Of a DNA stretch of 20,000 nucleotides, positions 1 through 7,804 are shown piece by piece; within the stretch, counting starts at the first letter, position 1; the number at the start of each line of letters is the position of its first letter. The notes under the pieces were generated by a model. It worked only from the letters and a program-made list of their open reading frames with translations, searched no databases and was not told where the DNA came from. The translations under genes were made by a program, and so were the position numbers. Origin of the DNA: an uncultured virus (IMG/VR IMGVR_UViG_3300048597_000249) (lineage: Duplodnaviria; Heunggongvirae; Uroviricota; Caudoviricetes); the IMG/VR virus record IMGVR_UViG_3300048597_000249; one strand, written 5' to 3'.

Positions 1-26
1 ATAATAATTCAGATTTATACGATGAG

Positions 27-596
27 TTGGTTAGCAAAATCAAGTTACATCATCCGCATTACTATATTGAAAATTTTGATGATCACGAAAAAAAGACTGT
101 TAGTAGTTATGATACGACCAAGTTAGATGTAAAAATATGGTTAAATGAGGGTTCGTCTAAAACTATAACAAAAACGGATTTTATTGAAAAATTAAATAAG
201 GATACTTATCGTATTCAGGATAGTCGTTTTTATATTTCGTTTGACGAAATCCCCAAAGCTAAACTTATATTATCTAATAAAGATCCAGTTAATCCAGATG
301 CTTATAAACAAGGTGAAATTGAGCGTATTATTGAAAAAGAGTGTGACGCAATTAAAGAACTTTTGTTAGAGAAGAATCGTAAATATGGAAATAGTGCGTT
401 GTCGCCATTAAGGATTTTTTCTAAAGCGGATTGTATTGAACAGATTAATGTACGAATTGATGATAAATTAAGTCGTATTAAAAATGCACAGGATGATGAA
501 GATGAAGATGTTGAAAAAGATTTAATCGGTTATATGATTTTAAAACGTGTTGCCAAAAGATTAAATAAAGATGACGGAATTATGGTTCGTCTGTAA
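27..596 (+). CDS. Protein with C-terminal DUF1599-like (nucleotide-modification-associated) domain; probably 5'-truncated by the window
   Basis: Motif ELLLEKNRKYGNSA...VRIDDKLSRIKN...DLIGY resembles DUF1599 phage proteins. The frame is open back to base 3, so the true start may lie upstream. Confidence 0.65.
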   Translation: MVSKIKLHHPHYYIENFDDHEKKTVSSYDTTKLDVKIWLNEGSSKTITKTDFIEKLNKDTYRIQDSRFYISFDEIPKAKLILSNKDPVNPDAYKQGEIERIIEKECDAIKELLLEKNRKYGNSALSPLRIFSKADCIEQINVRIDDKLSRIKNAQDDEDEDVEKDLIGYMILKRVAKRLNKDDGIMVRL

Positions 597-599
597 ATT

Positions 600-902
600 A
601 TGTTTTTATCTGATATCGCCAATTTTTCAATCACATACAGAAGGAAGGTTTTTCCCAAGTATAATTCTCCAATAGATTCTGACCGACCTGGTAAGAAGAA
701 GATGGTATTGGCGAAAGATGGAGATAAAGTTAAATTACTCCATTTTGGTCACGAGAAATATCAGGATTATCGAACCCACAAAGATAAAAAGCGTAGGGCG
801 AACTATTTAGCACGTAGCGGGGGGATTAAGGATAAAAATGGTAATTTAACAGCAAATAATAAGCTCTCAAGCAACTTTTGGAGTAGATCCACTCTCTGGT
901 AA
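600..902 (+). CDS. Basic DUF5754-like protein
   Basis: KKKMV...LHFGHEKYQDYRTHKDKKRRANYLAR...NFWSRSTLW resembles a family seen in large DNA viruses and phages. Confidence 0.6.
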   Translation: MFLSDIANFSITYRRKVFPKYNSPIDSDRPGKKKMVLAKDGDKVKLLHFGHEKYQDYRTHKDKKRRANYLARSGGIKDKNGNLTANNKLSSNFWSRSTLW

Positions 903-1643
903 CATAATTTCCTCACACAAGTAACCTTTATAGTTTTTCATTTTTCCTTTAGCAAGTTTTGCTAAACAACTTACATCTAGGTTATCGTGTTGTTTACAAA
1001 ACCAATTTAAACCGATAACACAAAATTGAATTTCATCTGGTGTTGTTATTAGATATCTTTTTGACGAATTGATACTTTGTTTTTCACGATGCTCTTTTGT
1101 TACAGCTGCTTGCATTATTTTGATAATTTCTTTATTTCGCTTTTTATACTTTTCTGTTGTTGTTTTATTGATTCTAGGTTCAACTTTTTTACCGTCTATA
1201 CTAATAATACGCCAACCTTTACAAGAGCATCTTTCGCCTCGTGCTACTTTATAAAAGTCTGTAAAATCTATATTATGCTTTTTACAAAATTCAACTACTT
1301 TGTTTGTTTTGATAATTAACCCACTATCGTTAATTACCTCATATAGTTTGCTAGGTCTATTACCAGTAGGATATGTTACTTTCTTGCTCATATTTAATGG
1401 TGGTTGAAAAGTGTCAATATAAGACTGTTCTAATTTCAACAATTCTACATGTGTTTTTGCGCTATCTATAATACGAAACAAATATTTATCAGGATATTGA
1501 TTAAAGACATTTTGTAGATATTTGTTAACATGTTTGTTTTTGTTTAACTGATTTAAATGTGTGGATTCTCGTTGTTTAATATGTTTTGTGCTACCAATAT
1601 AGAAATAATTTGTATCTAAAAATTCAATAAGATAAATAAACAT
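867..1643 (-). CDS. Free-standing GIY-YIG homing endonuclease
   Basis: N-terminal FIY-x9-YIGST, downstream R (QREST-H) and E-Q...LN motifs; two C-terminal repeats (FCKKHN..KG..KGW and FCKQHD..KG..KGY) like endonuclease DNA-binding modules. Confidence 0.85.
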   Translation of the reverse strand: MFIYLIEFLDTNYFYIGSTKHIKQRESTHLNQLNKNKHVNKYLQNVFNQYPDKYLFRIIDSAKTHVELLKLEQSYIDTFQPPLNMSKKVTYPTGNRPSKLYEVINDSGLIIKTNKVVEFCKKHNIDFTDFYKVARGERCSCKGWRIISIDGKKVEPRINKTTTEKYKKRNKEIIKIMQAAVTKEHREKQSINSSKRYLITTPDEIQFCVIGLNWFCKQHDNLDVSCLAKLAKGKMKNYKGYLCEEIMLPESGSTPKVA

Positions 1644-1721
1644 TCTTTAATAAAATAATACGTAATTGTATTATAATATTTATAATTTCTAATTAGGTTA
1701 GAAAAATTTTATGGTGATGTA

Positions 1722-1751
1722 TTGACAGTTTTTTAAATTTTGGTTTACTAT
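1722..1751 (+). promoter_or_regulatory. Sigma70-type promoter
   Basis: TTGACA (1722-1727), 18-bp spacer, TACTAT (1746-1751). Predicted start near 1758, just before the structured RNA. Confidence 0.7.
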
Positions 1752-1759
1752 AGTTACAA

Positions 1760-1941
1760 CCTAGTCTGGCTTGGTAGCCACAAGTTGAAACGGAACTTGC
1801 AACCGAAAAGGAAACTATAACGTTCAGTTGAAACCAAAAATTTGCGAATCCACCGAGCAGCCTCGCGAGTGGTTGTCAGGGAAGGGCGTTTCATTTGGTT
1901 TCTTAATATAGTTATTAGGGGTTCAATTCCCCTGACTAGGA
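1760..1941 (+). ncRNA. tRNA-like structured RNA with large internal domain (182 nt)
   Basis: 7-bp closing stem CCTAGTC (1760-1766)/GACTAGG (1934-1940) plus A1941; T-arm AGGGG-TTCAATT-CCCCT (1917-1933); several nested helices; non-coding, GC-richer gap behind a promoter. Confidence 0.75.
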
Positions 1942-1961
1942 CTTAGATTATTATGTAAAAT

Positions 1962-2159
1962 ATGCAAAATTTTAATTATCGTGATTTATTAAAAAAATAT
2001 ATCGAACATGTAGGAGAAGAAGAAGGAATTACTTTTCTTGGAGATAGTCGTAAAAATAGTAATATATTTAGCGAAGAAGAATGGGAAGAACTTAAAGAAC
2101 TAGAATATGAAAGTGCTGTAGATTTTGGACATATTAAAGATGATGATGAGAAACCCTGA
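1962..2159 (+). CDS. Small acidic hypothetical phage protein
   Basis: ATG ORF packed with the next gene. Confidence 0.65.
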   Translation: MQNFNYRDLLKKYIEHVGEEEGITFLGDSRKNSNIFSEEEWEELKELEYESAVDFGHIKDDDEKP

Positions 2160-2322
2160 CAGAATTGAACCGATTTTAAATGAGTTGAAAACGTTGTGGT
2201 TAAAATATCCTGATTTACGCTTAGGGCAACTTATTTCGTTATGTAATCGAGATGTTTTTAACATTGGGGATGTTGAATTAATTACAATTTTAAAAAATAA
2301 ACTAAATGTTAACGACAAATAA
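2146..2322 (+). CDS. Small conserved phage protein (RDP.RI...W...PDLRLGQL type)
   Basis: MRNPDRIEPILNELKTLWLKYPDLRLGQL motif; start placed at the last of three tandem ATGs (2140-2148). Confidence 0.7.
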   Translation: MRNPDRIEPILNELKTLWLKYPDLRLGQLISLCNRDVFNIGDVELITILKNKLNVNDK

Positions 2323-2567
2323 TTCTGGCGATATTTGCGGATGTTTACCTGGTGGTATCCTAGGTTTTGCGAGTAATAGCACTGAAAAATGGTTTGATAT
2401 TTGGTGAGATTATTTTTATTTTTCAATAGCATCGAGAGAACCTTTTTCAAAAGAAAATGAAAAAGAATATGTTCATAGTTATCTGTATTTGTTAAATCCG
2501 TTTGGGATACAGTTAACAAAAATTATTTATTATGGTAAGTTCATTATTCTTGTGGAGTTAGATAGTT

Positions 2568-2861
2568 ATGCCAGTAGCCGATAAAGTTAATAGTATTGTT
2601 GAGTTGTTAAATCGTGCGTTTAAAAAAGACCCTGCGGTTAATTTAGTTTTAATTAACGACGATTATTTGTATGAAGGAATTGTGCGTGAAGCATTAATGT
2701 CGGTGTTTGGATATTCGGTGCAAAAAGCACGTGAGTTAATGATGGCGGCGCATCAGTTTGGTAGTAGTATTATCTGGAGTGGAGAACGTGGTAAAGCAGA
2801 AGAATATGCTGTGATTTTGCGAATTCGATATGGTATTACAACTGAGATTGTAGATGATTAA
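2568..2861 (+). CDS. clpS: ClpS-like Clp protease adaptor
   Basis: VNLVLINDDY...VREALMSVFGYSVQKARELMMAAHQFGSSIIWSGERGKAEEY follows the ClpS consensus (V.L.NDD, A..lM..aH..G, AE). GGAG upstream. Confidence 0.85.
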   Translation: MPVADKVNSIVELLNRAFKKDPAVNLVLINDDYLYEGIVREALMSVFGYSVQKARELMMAAHQFGSSIIWSGERGKAEEYAVILRIRYGITTEIVDD

Positions 2862-3150
2862 ATACGATTTAGAAATATTTTACATAAAAAATGAAGAAGA
2901 AAAATCAGTATTAAAACTTTTTGATTGTGATATCGAGCATCAAAATTTAATTAGTCTATATGGTGAAAAAGTTAAAAAAATATTATTTGTCTACAAACCA
3001 CCAACTTATCGCGTAAATTCTTATAAATATGAAGAATATCAAACTAGCGACTATGATTTAGATTATGTTGAGTTATACGGGGATGCTGTAACTTTAAAAA
3101 ATATTATAGATGAGTTAATAAAGGAAAATGACGAGTACAATAGACAATGA
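2854..3150 (+). CDS. Hypothetical protein
   Basis: ORF overlapping both neighbours in operon style. Confidence 0.6.
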   Translation: MIKYDLEIFYIKNEEEKSVLKLFDCDIEHQNLISLYGEKVKKILFVYKPPTYRVNSYKYEEYQTSDYDLDYVELYGDAVTLKNIIDELIKENDEYNRQ

Positions 3151-3313
3151 TATTTTTTCCAATAACGAAGTCACCACTTGTATTGGATATTTTGGGACAA
3201 CTTGTAAACATTTAAAATTCCGTAAGCAAGGATTAGTTCCAGTTTGTGGTAAATATAAAGTAGACTTGGATGTTGGTGCAAAACGTTGTAGGGAGTGTTT
3301 AAAAAATGAGTAA
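3128..3313 (+). CDS. Small Cys-rich hypothetical protein
   Basis: AAGGA upstream; five Cys including RCRECL. Confidence 0.6.
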   Translation: MTSTIDNDIFSNNEVTTCIGYFGTTCKHLKFRKQGLVPVCGKYKVDLDVGAKRCRECLKNE

Positions 3314-3551
3314 TTATTACGCTATGAAACAATATATTATTGGTGATAATCACTGCAAAGAATATCGGTATGTTGTGACTGACTGGAATATAACAGTTGA
3401 TTGTCCAGGTGTCGAAATTGAATATCAAGAATTTGAAGATAAACAATGGGTAACAAAAAATAATATTTCGATGGGGGAAAAACCGTTTGATTTACTAGTT
3501 GAAGTTTTAAATGAGATTAAAAATTCTGAGTTAACAAAAGAAGATTATTAA
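3306..3551 (+). CDS. Hypothetical protein
   Basis: GGGAG upstream; coupled to previous ORF. Confidence 0.65.
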   Translation: MSNYYAMKQYIIGDNHCKEYRYVVTDWNITVDCPGVEIEYQEFEDKQWVTKNNISMGEKPFDLLVEVLNEIKNSELTKEDY

Positions 3552-3557
3552 AATGGG
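3516..3557 (+). repeat. 42-bp direct repeat, copy 1
   Basis: attaaaaattctgagTtaacaaaagaagattaTtaaaatggg; 2 mismatches to 3800-3841. Confidence 0.9.
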
Positions 3558-3804
3558 CATTAAATTAGCAAAAATTCTAGTTGAAGTTATTGACGATAGT
3601 TATTTGCGTGAAGACTATTCTGGTCGTGGTATGTTTGGTAAAACTACAGCCGGTTTTGTCGTGGATAATTTAGCTGATACTATGTCTGCGATCATTAATT
3701 GTGCAGATGTTTTTATTGATATTGAAGATGGGGATGTTTACCCTATGTTTGGAGATGTTCGTTTAAAAATTGACAACATGGGTAAAGGATATATTATTTA
3801 TTAA
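3553..3804 (+). CDS. Conserved phage hypothetical protein (YSGRGM motif)
   Basis: REDYSGRGMFGKTTAGFVV...DNMGKGYIIY is a motif I recognise from small phage proteins of unknown function. Confidence 0.7.
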   Translation: MGIKLAKILVEVIDDSYLREDYSGRGMFGKTTAGFVVDNLADTMSAIINCADVFIDIEDGDVYPMFGDVRLKIDNMGKGYIIY

Positions 3805-3841
3805 AAATTCTGAGCTAACAAAAGAAGATTACTAAAATGGG
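3800..3841 (+). repeat. 42-bp direct repeat, copy 2
   Basis: attaaaaattctgagCtaacaaaagaagattaCtaaaatggg. Confidence 0.9.
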
Positions 3842-4043
3842 TATTATTTATAAAAAACTATACTGTCCTTATTGCAATCATCCGCATAATGATGAAGATA
3901 AGGTAGTTGATGTTTTGGGCGAAGATTTGCAAACAACTATTCAGAAAAATTTTGGCAAACAACCTCATCGAAAACATTATTGCTATAGTTGTGAAAAAAT
4001 ATTCATAGATCCTAACAACGAAAAATCAATTTCTAAACATTAA
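3837..4043 (+). CDS. Small putative zinc-binding protein
   Basis: CPYC..H.H and H..H.CYSC motifs. Confidence 0.65.
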   Translation: MGIIYKKLYCPYCNHPHNDEDKVVDVLGEDLQTTIQKNFGKQPHRKHYCYSCEKIFIDPNNEKSISKH

Positions 4044-4047
4044 AATT

Positions 4048-4209
4048 ATGAACACAATTGTTACAGATACAACGCTTAAAGTTAAACGAGTTAATAAAGA
4101 AGCTGTTATTCCCAGTTATGCGCATGATGGAGATGCTGGGTTAGATTTGTCGAGTATGGTGTCTGTGACGCTTAATCCTGGTGAACAGAAAATGATAGTT
4201 AGTGTTTGA
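4048..4209 (+). pseudogene. dut: Truncated dUTPase N-terminal fragment (53 aa), absent from ORF track
   Basis: Translates MNTIVTDTTLKVKRVNKEAVIPSYAHDGDAGLDLSSMVSVTLNPGEQKMIVSV*; contains motif 1 (AGLDL) and stops before motif 2. Confidence 0.85.
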
Positions 4210-4218
4210 AAAAAAAAA

Positions 4219-5634
4219 ATGAATGTTAAAAATAACAAAGTTGCTGTAACATGTATTGTTTGTAATGCGGTCAATCATGTATGTTTATCACGATCTAGAA
4301 AATACAAGACATGTTCTATGGCGTGTCGAGTTAAGTTATACAGTCCAAATTTATCTAATATAGTAGAAAAAACTTGTGAAATATGTGGTAAAGTAGAGCA
4401 TTTACCACCTTCGCGCGCTAAAGTTTATAAAACTTGCTCATTGTCGTGTCGAAATAAACTTATTAGTATCAAGTTGACCAAAGAAAAAATAGTAAAAGTA
4501 TGCTCGATATGTGGCAAAGAATTTATGCAAAAACTAAGCGATGTTGGACGAATAAAACATTGTTCTAAAGAATGTAGTTATAAAAGTTTAAAAGAAAGAT
4601 ATATAGGTGTGAACAATCCTGCTTGTAAGTATAAAACTATAGACCATAATTATTTTAAAAATGTTAATAGCGAGTTTAAAGCTTATTTGCTAGGTTGGAT
4701 ATGTAGCGATGGTCATGTTAGTAAAAATAATGTGAAGATAGCAATTAGAGATTACGATTATCAGCTATTAAACACCTTGCGTCAAGTTATATGTAAAGAT
4801 TTACCGATCAAGTATTATAATCCGACTAAATCTGTGAGTTTGACAATTTGTTCAAAAACCTGGGTTAACGATATATGCAATCTTTTACAAATAAAACCTG
4901 GTAAAAAATCAGCAGTTGTAAAATTTCCAGAGTTAGAAAATGATTTTTTAAAATGGTCTTTTTTGCGAGGTGTTTTTGACGGTGATGGGTCTATTATGTC
5001 ATCCAAAATGGGGAGCACCTATCCAAAATGTAACATTACAAGCAATTCCCATGACCTTCTAAAAAGTATTGAAAATTTTGCGAATACAAATTGTTATGTT
5101 TCATATAAGCATAATTTTATAAATTTTAATGGCGAATACGCTATGGTATTTTTAAATAAACTTTATGCAAATTCTAATTATCGCCTCTCTCGTAAGTATA
5201 ATACTTATTTAGATTGGGTTTGTTGGGAGCCTGGTGTATTTGGTCATAAAAGTTATAAAGAAGATGCGATAAGATTTGTTAAAACTCGCAGGCATAGTAT
5301 TATACCAACATGCGCAGAACACGGTTATAAGATTTATGCGACAGATAATTTCGAAGTTGTTTATAACAATGTTGTTAGTTATAATATTGGTATTCGTGCT
5401 GTACCACATGGTAAATTCTGGTATGATTTCGAGTTAGATAAAGATTTATATAACAGAGGTTATCGTTTATTGGAGCCATTCGTACCGATAGGTGCTACAA
5501 ACCATTCAACTATAAACCTCTTACTCAAAACCGATGGTGTAAATTGTGAAAATATTAAAACACCATTTATAATTGGTGAGTTAGTTAAAAAAGAAATTGT
5601 TCGCCCAAGAATTGTTGAAGTAAATACCTTATAA
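4219..5634 (+). CDS. LAGLIDADG endonuclease with N-terminal zinc-finger repeats and C-terminal degenerate dUTPase-like domain
   Basis: Three CxxC...CS..C repeats; double motif AYLLGWICSDG and FLRGVFDGDG; last ~120 aa follow dUTPase layout without catalytic motifs. Confidence 0.85.
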   Translation: MNVKNNKVAVTCIVCNAVNHVCLSRSRKYKTCSMACRVKLYSPNLSNIVEKTCEICGKVEHLPPSRAKVYKTCSLSCRNKLISIKLTKEKIVKVCSICGKEFMQKLSDVGRIKHCSKECSYKSLKERYIGVNNPACKYKTIDHNYFKNVNSEFKAYLLGWICSDGHVSKNNVKIAIRDYDYQLLNTLRQVICKDLPIKYYNPTKSVSLTICSKTWVNDICNLLQIKPGKKSAVVKFPELENDFLKWSFLRGVFDGDGSIMSSKMGSTYPKCNITSNSHDLLKSIENFANTNCYVSYKHNFINFNGEYAMVFLNKLYANSNYRLSRKYNTYLDWVCWEPGVFGHKSYKEDAIRFVKTRRHSIIPTCAEHGYKIYATDNFEVVYNNVVSYNIGIRAVPHGKFWYDFELDKDLYNRGYRLLEPFVPIGATNHSTINLLLKTDGVNCENIKTPFIIGELVKKEIVRPRIVEVNTL

Positions 5635-5641
5635 TTACCGA

Positions 5642-6079
5642 GTGAAAGATATGAAATTTGAAATAAAGTTATTAAACCCCAAAGCTCGTACACCTAAATA
5701 CGCACACAAAACAGATGCCGGTTGTGATCTTTATTGTTTGGACGATGTGATTTTAGAACCAGGTGTGGTTAAAATTGTTCCTACGGGTATCGCAGTAAAT
5801 ATCCCAGAAGGATATGAAGGACAAATACGTTCTCGCAGTAGTGTAGCTACTAAAAAAACAATTATCATACCAAATGCTCCTGCGACTATTGATTCAGGTT
5901 TTTGCGGAGAAATTTGTGTTGCGTTGTTAAATCTAGGTAATCATACTCAAGGTTTTTCTGCTGGTGATCGGATTGCTCAGTTAATATTTTCACCAATTGT
6001 TTATGCTGAATTTATCGAAGTAGAGGAGTTAGATGATACAGAACGTGGTGAAAATGGCTTTGGGAGTAGTGGCAAATGA
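5642..6079 (+). CDS. dut: Trimeric dUTPase
   Basis: All five motifs: AGCDL, RSRSS, TIDSGFCGEI, GDRIAQL, RGENGFGSSG. Confidence 0.96.
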   Translation: MKDMKFEIKLLNPKARTPKYAHKTDAGCDLYCLDDVILEPGVVKIVPTGIAVNIPEGYEGQIRSRSSVATKKTIIIPNAPATIDSGFCGEICVALLNLGNHTQGFSAGDRIAQLIFSPIVYAEFIEVEELDDTERGENGFGSSGK

Positions 6080-6360
6080 ATGAGCTATTGATTTCTGTTT
6101 TGCAAAAAATTCCAAATGACGCTGTGCCAATTATTACAAAAACAGCTAAAAATGTTGTTGTACATAACGACTATTTCTTTGGGGATGTTGCATATTCAGA
6201 AGAACTTGGTTATCGAGTAGAGTGGTATATTGGTGACAAACATATAGTTTTATACATGTTTGAAACAACAAATTTTTACGATGTATTAAGTTTTGATTAT
6301 CGGCTTTCAAAATTTAATGTTTCGTTTGATTTAGAAGAATTCGTAAAATTATTTAATTAA
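6076..6360 (+). CDS. Hypothetical protein
   Basis: ATGA overlap with dut stop; GGGAG upstream. Confidence 0.7.
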   Translation: MNELLISVLQKIPNDAVPIITKTAKNVVVHNDYFFGDVAYSEELGYRVEWYIGDKHIVLYMFETTNFYDVLSFDYRLSKFNVSFDLEEFVKLFN

Positions 6361-6362
6361 TT

Positions 6363-6620
6363 ATGATTGGATACGATGATTTAGAAATTGATTTGCGCTA
6401 TGTTGTTGTTAAACCTAGTGTGAATGGCGAATTTCAAATTGGCGATCATATTAAACTACTTCCTGATGGTGCTGTTTTAAATTTAGAAGCCGGCGGTTGG
6501 ATTGATATGCCATATTTGTCACAAGCTACTGAAGGTATGGTTGTCGAAATCGATAAAGAATGGTTAAGTGAAGAAAAAGAAAAGTTAAAACAACGATTAA
6601 AAGAATTAGAAAATGTATAA
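6363..6620 (+). CDS. Hypothetical protein
   Basis: ATG 2 nt after the previous stop. Confidence 0.7.
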   Translation: MIGYDDLEIDLRYVVVKPSVNGEFQIGDHIKLLPDGAVLNLEAGGWIDMPYLSQATEGMVVEIDKEWLSEEKEKLKQRLKELENV

Positions 6621-6658
6621 ATTTAGTTAATTATTTGTTTTATTTATTGGAGATTTTT

Positions 6659-6745
6659 ATGGAAAGTGCAGTTATTGTTGGTGTATTAGCTTTTTGTTTG
6701 ATTCCTGTTATTGTGATTATTGCAGTTGGATGGAAAAATGTTTAA
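6659..6745 (+). CDS. Small single-pass membrane protein (28 aa), absent from ORF track
   Basis: GGAG upstream; MESAVIVGVLAFCLIPVIVIIAVGWKNV; stop overlaps next start. Confidence 0.55.
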   Translation: MESAVIVGVLAFCLIPVIVIIAVGWKNV

Positions 6746-7043
6746 AGCTTTTGTTAATGGTTTACGCCGAGTATTAGATATTGGTGGTGTTGTCAAAGAT
6801 TCTCGTGTTGAAAAAATTCGGCGTAAATATGGATTTGACAGTCCACCTAAATTTAAAACAATTAAGCAAGCTATGATTGCTGACCAAAAAGCGCTAGAAA
6901 GCGATTGGAACGCAGTAAGTGACGATTTGCGCAAAGTAGTACCAGCAGAATACTTTTCCGAAAAATGGATTGATAGTTTACCAGAATGGACACCACATAT
7001 TGTAATAGACTATGAAAGAATAGCAGATGACGACAATATTTAA
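6738..7043 (+). CDS. Hypothetical protein
   Basis: ATG at 6738 (MFKAF) preferred over TTG at 6720. Confidence 0.6.
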   Translation: MFKAFVNGLRRVLDIGGVVKDSRVEKIRRKYGFDSPPKFKTIKQAMIADQKALESDWNAVSDDLRKVVPAEYFSEKWIDSLPEWTPHIVIDYERIADDDNI

Positions 7044-7073
7044 TTTTTTTTTTTTCAGCTAACACGATAACAA

Positions 7074-7259
7074 ATGATTAATTTAAACGACGAAGAAAGA
7101 GATTGGTTACAAGTTAGTGTATTACGTTTGATTGCTGCATCACACGGATTCAAGTTGACCAAAGATGATGTAGAAATTCTAAAACTATCAGATAACCCAC
7201 GAATGAAAAATTGGCAACATTTAACGGAAAGTATTATGCAATTGATAGATGAGTTGTGA
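7074..7259 (+). CDS. Hypothetical protein
   Basis: ATG ORF in the + strand run. Confidence 0.6.
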   Translation: MINLNDEERDWLQVSVLRLIAASHGFKLTKDDVEILKLSDNPRMKNWQHLTESIMQLIDEL

Positions 7260-7303
7260 TATTATAAAATTGTATAATTTGATACAGAATCAAGGTTCGC
7301 CAA

Positions 7304-7681
7304 ATGAATAAAATAATTGAAAAGAAATTGCGGTTATCAAATTGTTCTAAGTTGCAGAAAAATAAAAAGTTAAAAACAAACGAAAAAGTATTGTTGAAAA
7401 ATAAAAATAAAAATAAAACAGTTGATGTTATTTTAAATAATTTGTACAGTTTCATATTAAAAAGTGATGATGCAATATGTTCGTCAGAATCACATTTACG
7501 AGAAGCAGTTTATCAATATGTAGCAAACTTGTCACCAAATGACCATCTTTTCAACCAAGATGATTTATTTTGCGACATGAAGAAAAGTGTTGTTACGGAA
7601 GCAGTTACTGAACGTTATTTGTTGGGTTTGGATATTGCGCCGCATTTGCAACAATATATTAACGTTGATTATTTGAAGTAG
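7304..7681 (+). CDS. Hypothetical protein with Lys-rich N-terminus
   Basis: TATAAT at 7273-7278 and AAGGT upstream; N-terminus paralogous to 8267-8389. Confidence 0.65.
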   Translation: MNKIIEKKLRLSNCSKLQKNKKLKTNEKVLLKNKNKNKTVDVILNNLYSFILKSDDAICSSESHLREAVYQYVANLSPNDHLFNQDDLFCDMKKSVVTEAVTERYLLGLDIAPHLQQYINVDYLK

Positions 7682-7804
7682 TATGAGTAAAATATTTGCG
7701 CCATATATTTATTTTTTCAAATATCGAGATGGATTAAATTATTAAAGATATGTTAGATATAGAAGTTGATGGCGATCCTATAGTAAATATTAGTTTTTAA
7801 AAAT

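Noticed and set aside
1760..1941. tmRNA or intron-containing tRNA
   Set aside because: No G3-U70 alanine pair, short for tmRNA, no convincing tag ORF; no canonical U33 anticodon loop can be rebuilt and no group I core is visible.
2323..2567. Second ncRNA or gene in the gap before clpS
   Set aside because: Only short broken ORFs and no convincing helices; possibly a decayed gene, but unsupported.
3516..3841. CRISPR-like array
   Set aside because: Only two copies, 284 bp apart, enclosing a whole gene.
4207..4209. Genome-wide TGA reassignment
   Set aside because: thyX, nrdJ and dut end at TGA exactly at their expected C-termini.
4048..6079. Group I intron or intein splitting dut
   Set aside because: The downstream dut is complete with its own N-terminus; no non-coding room for an intron core and no intein terminal motifs.
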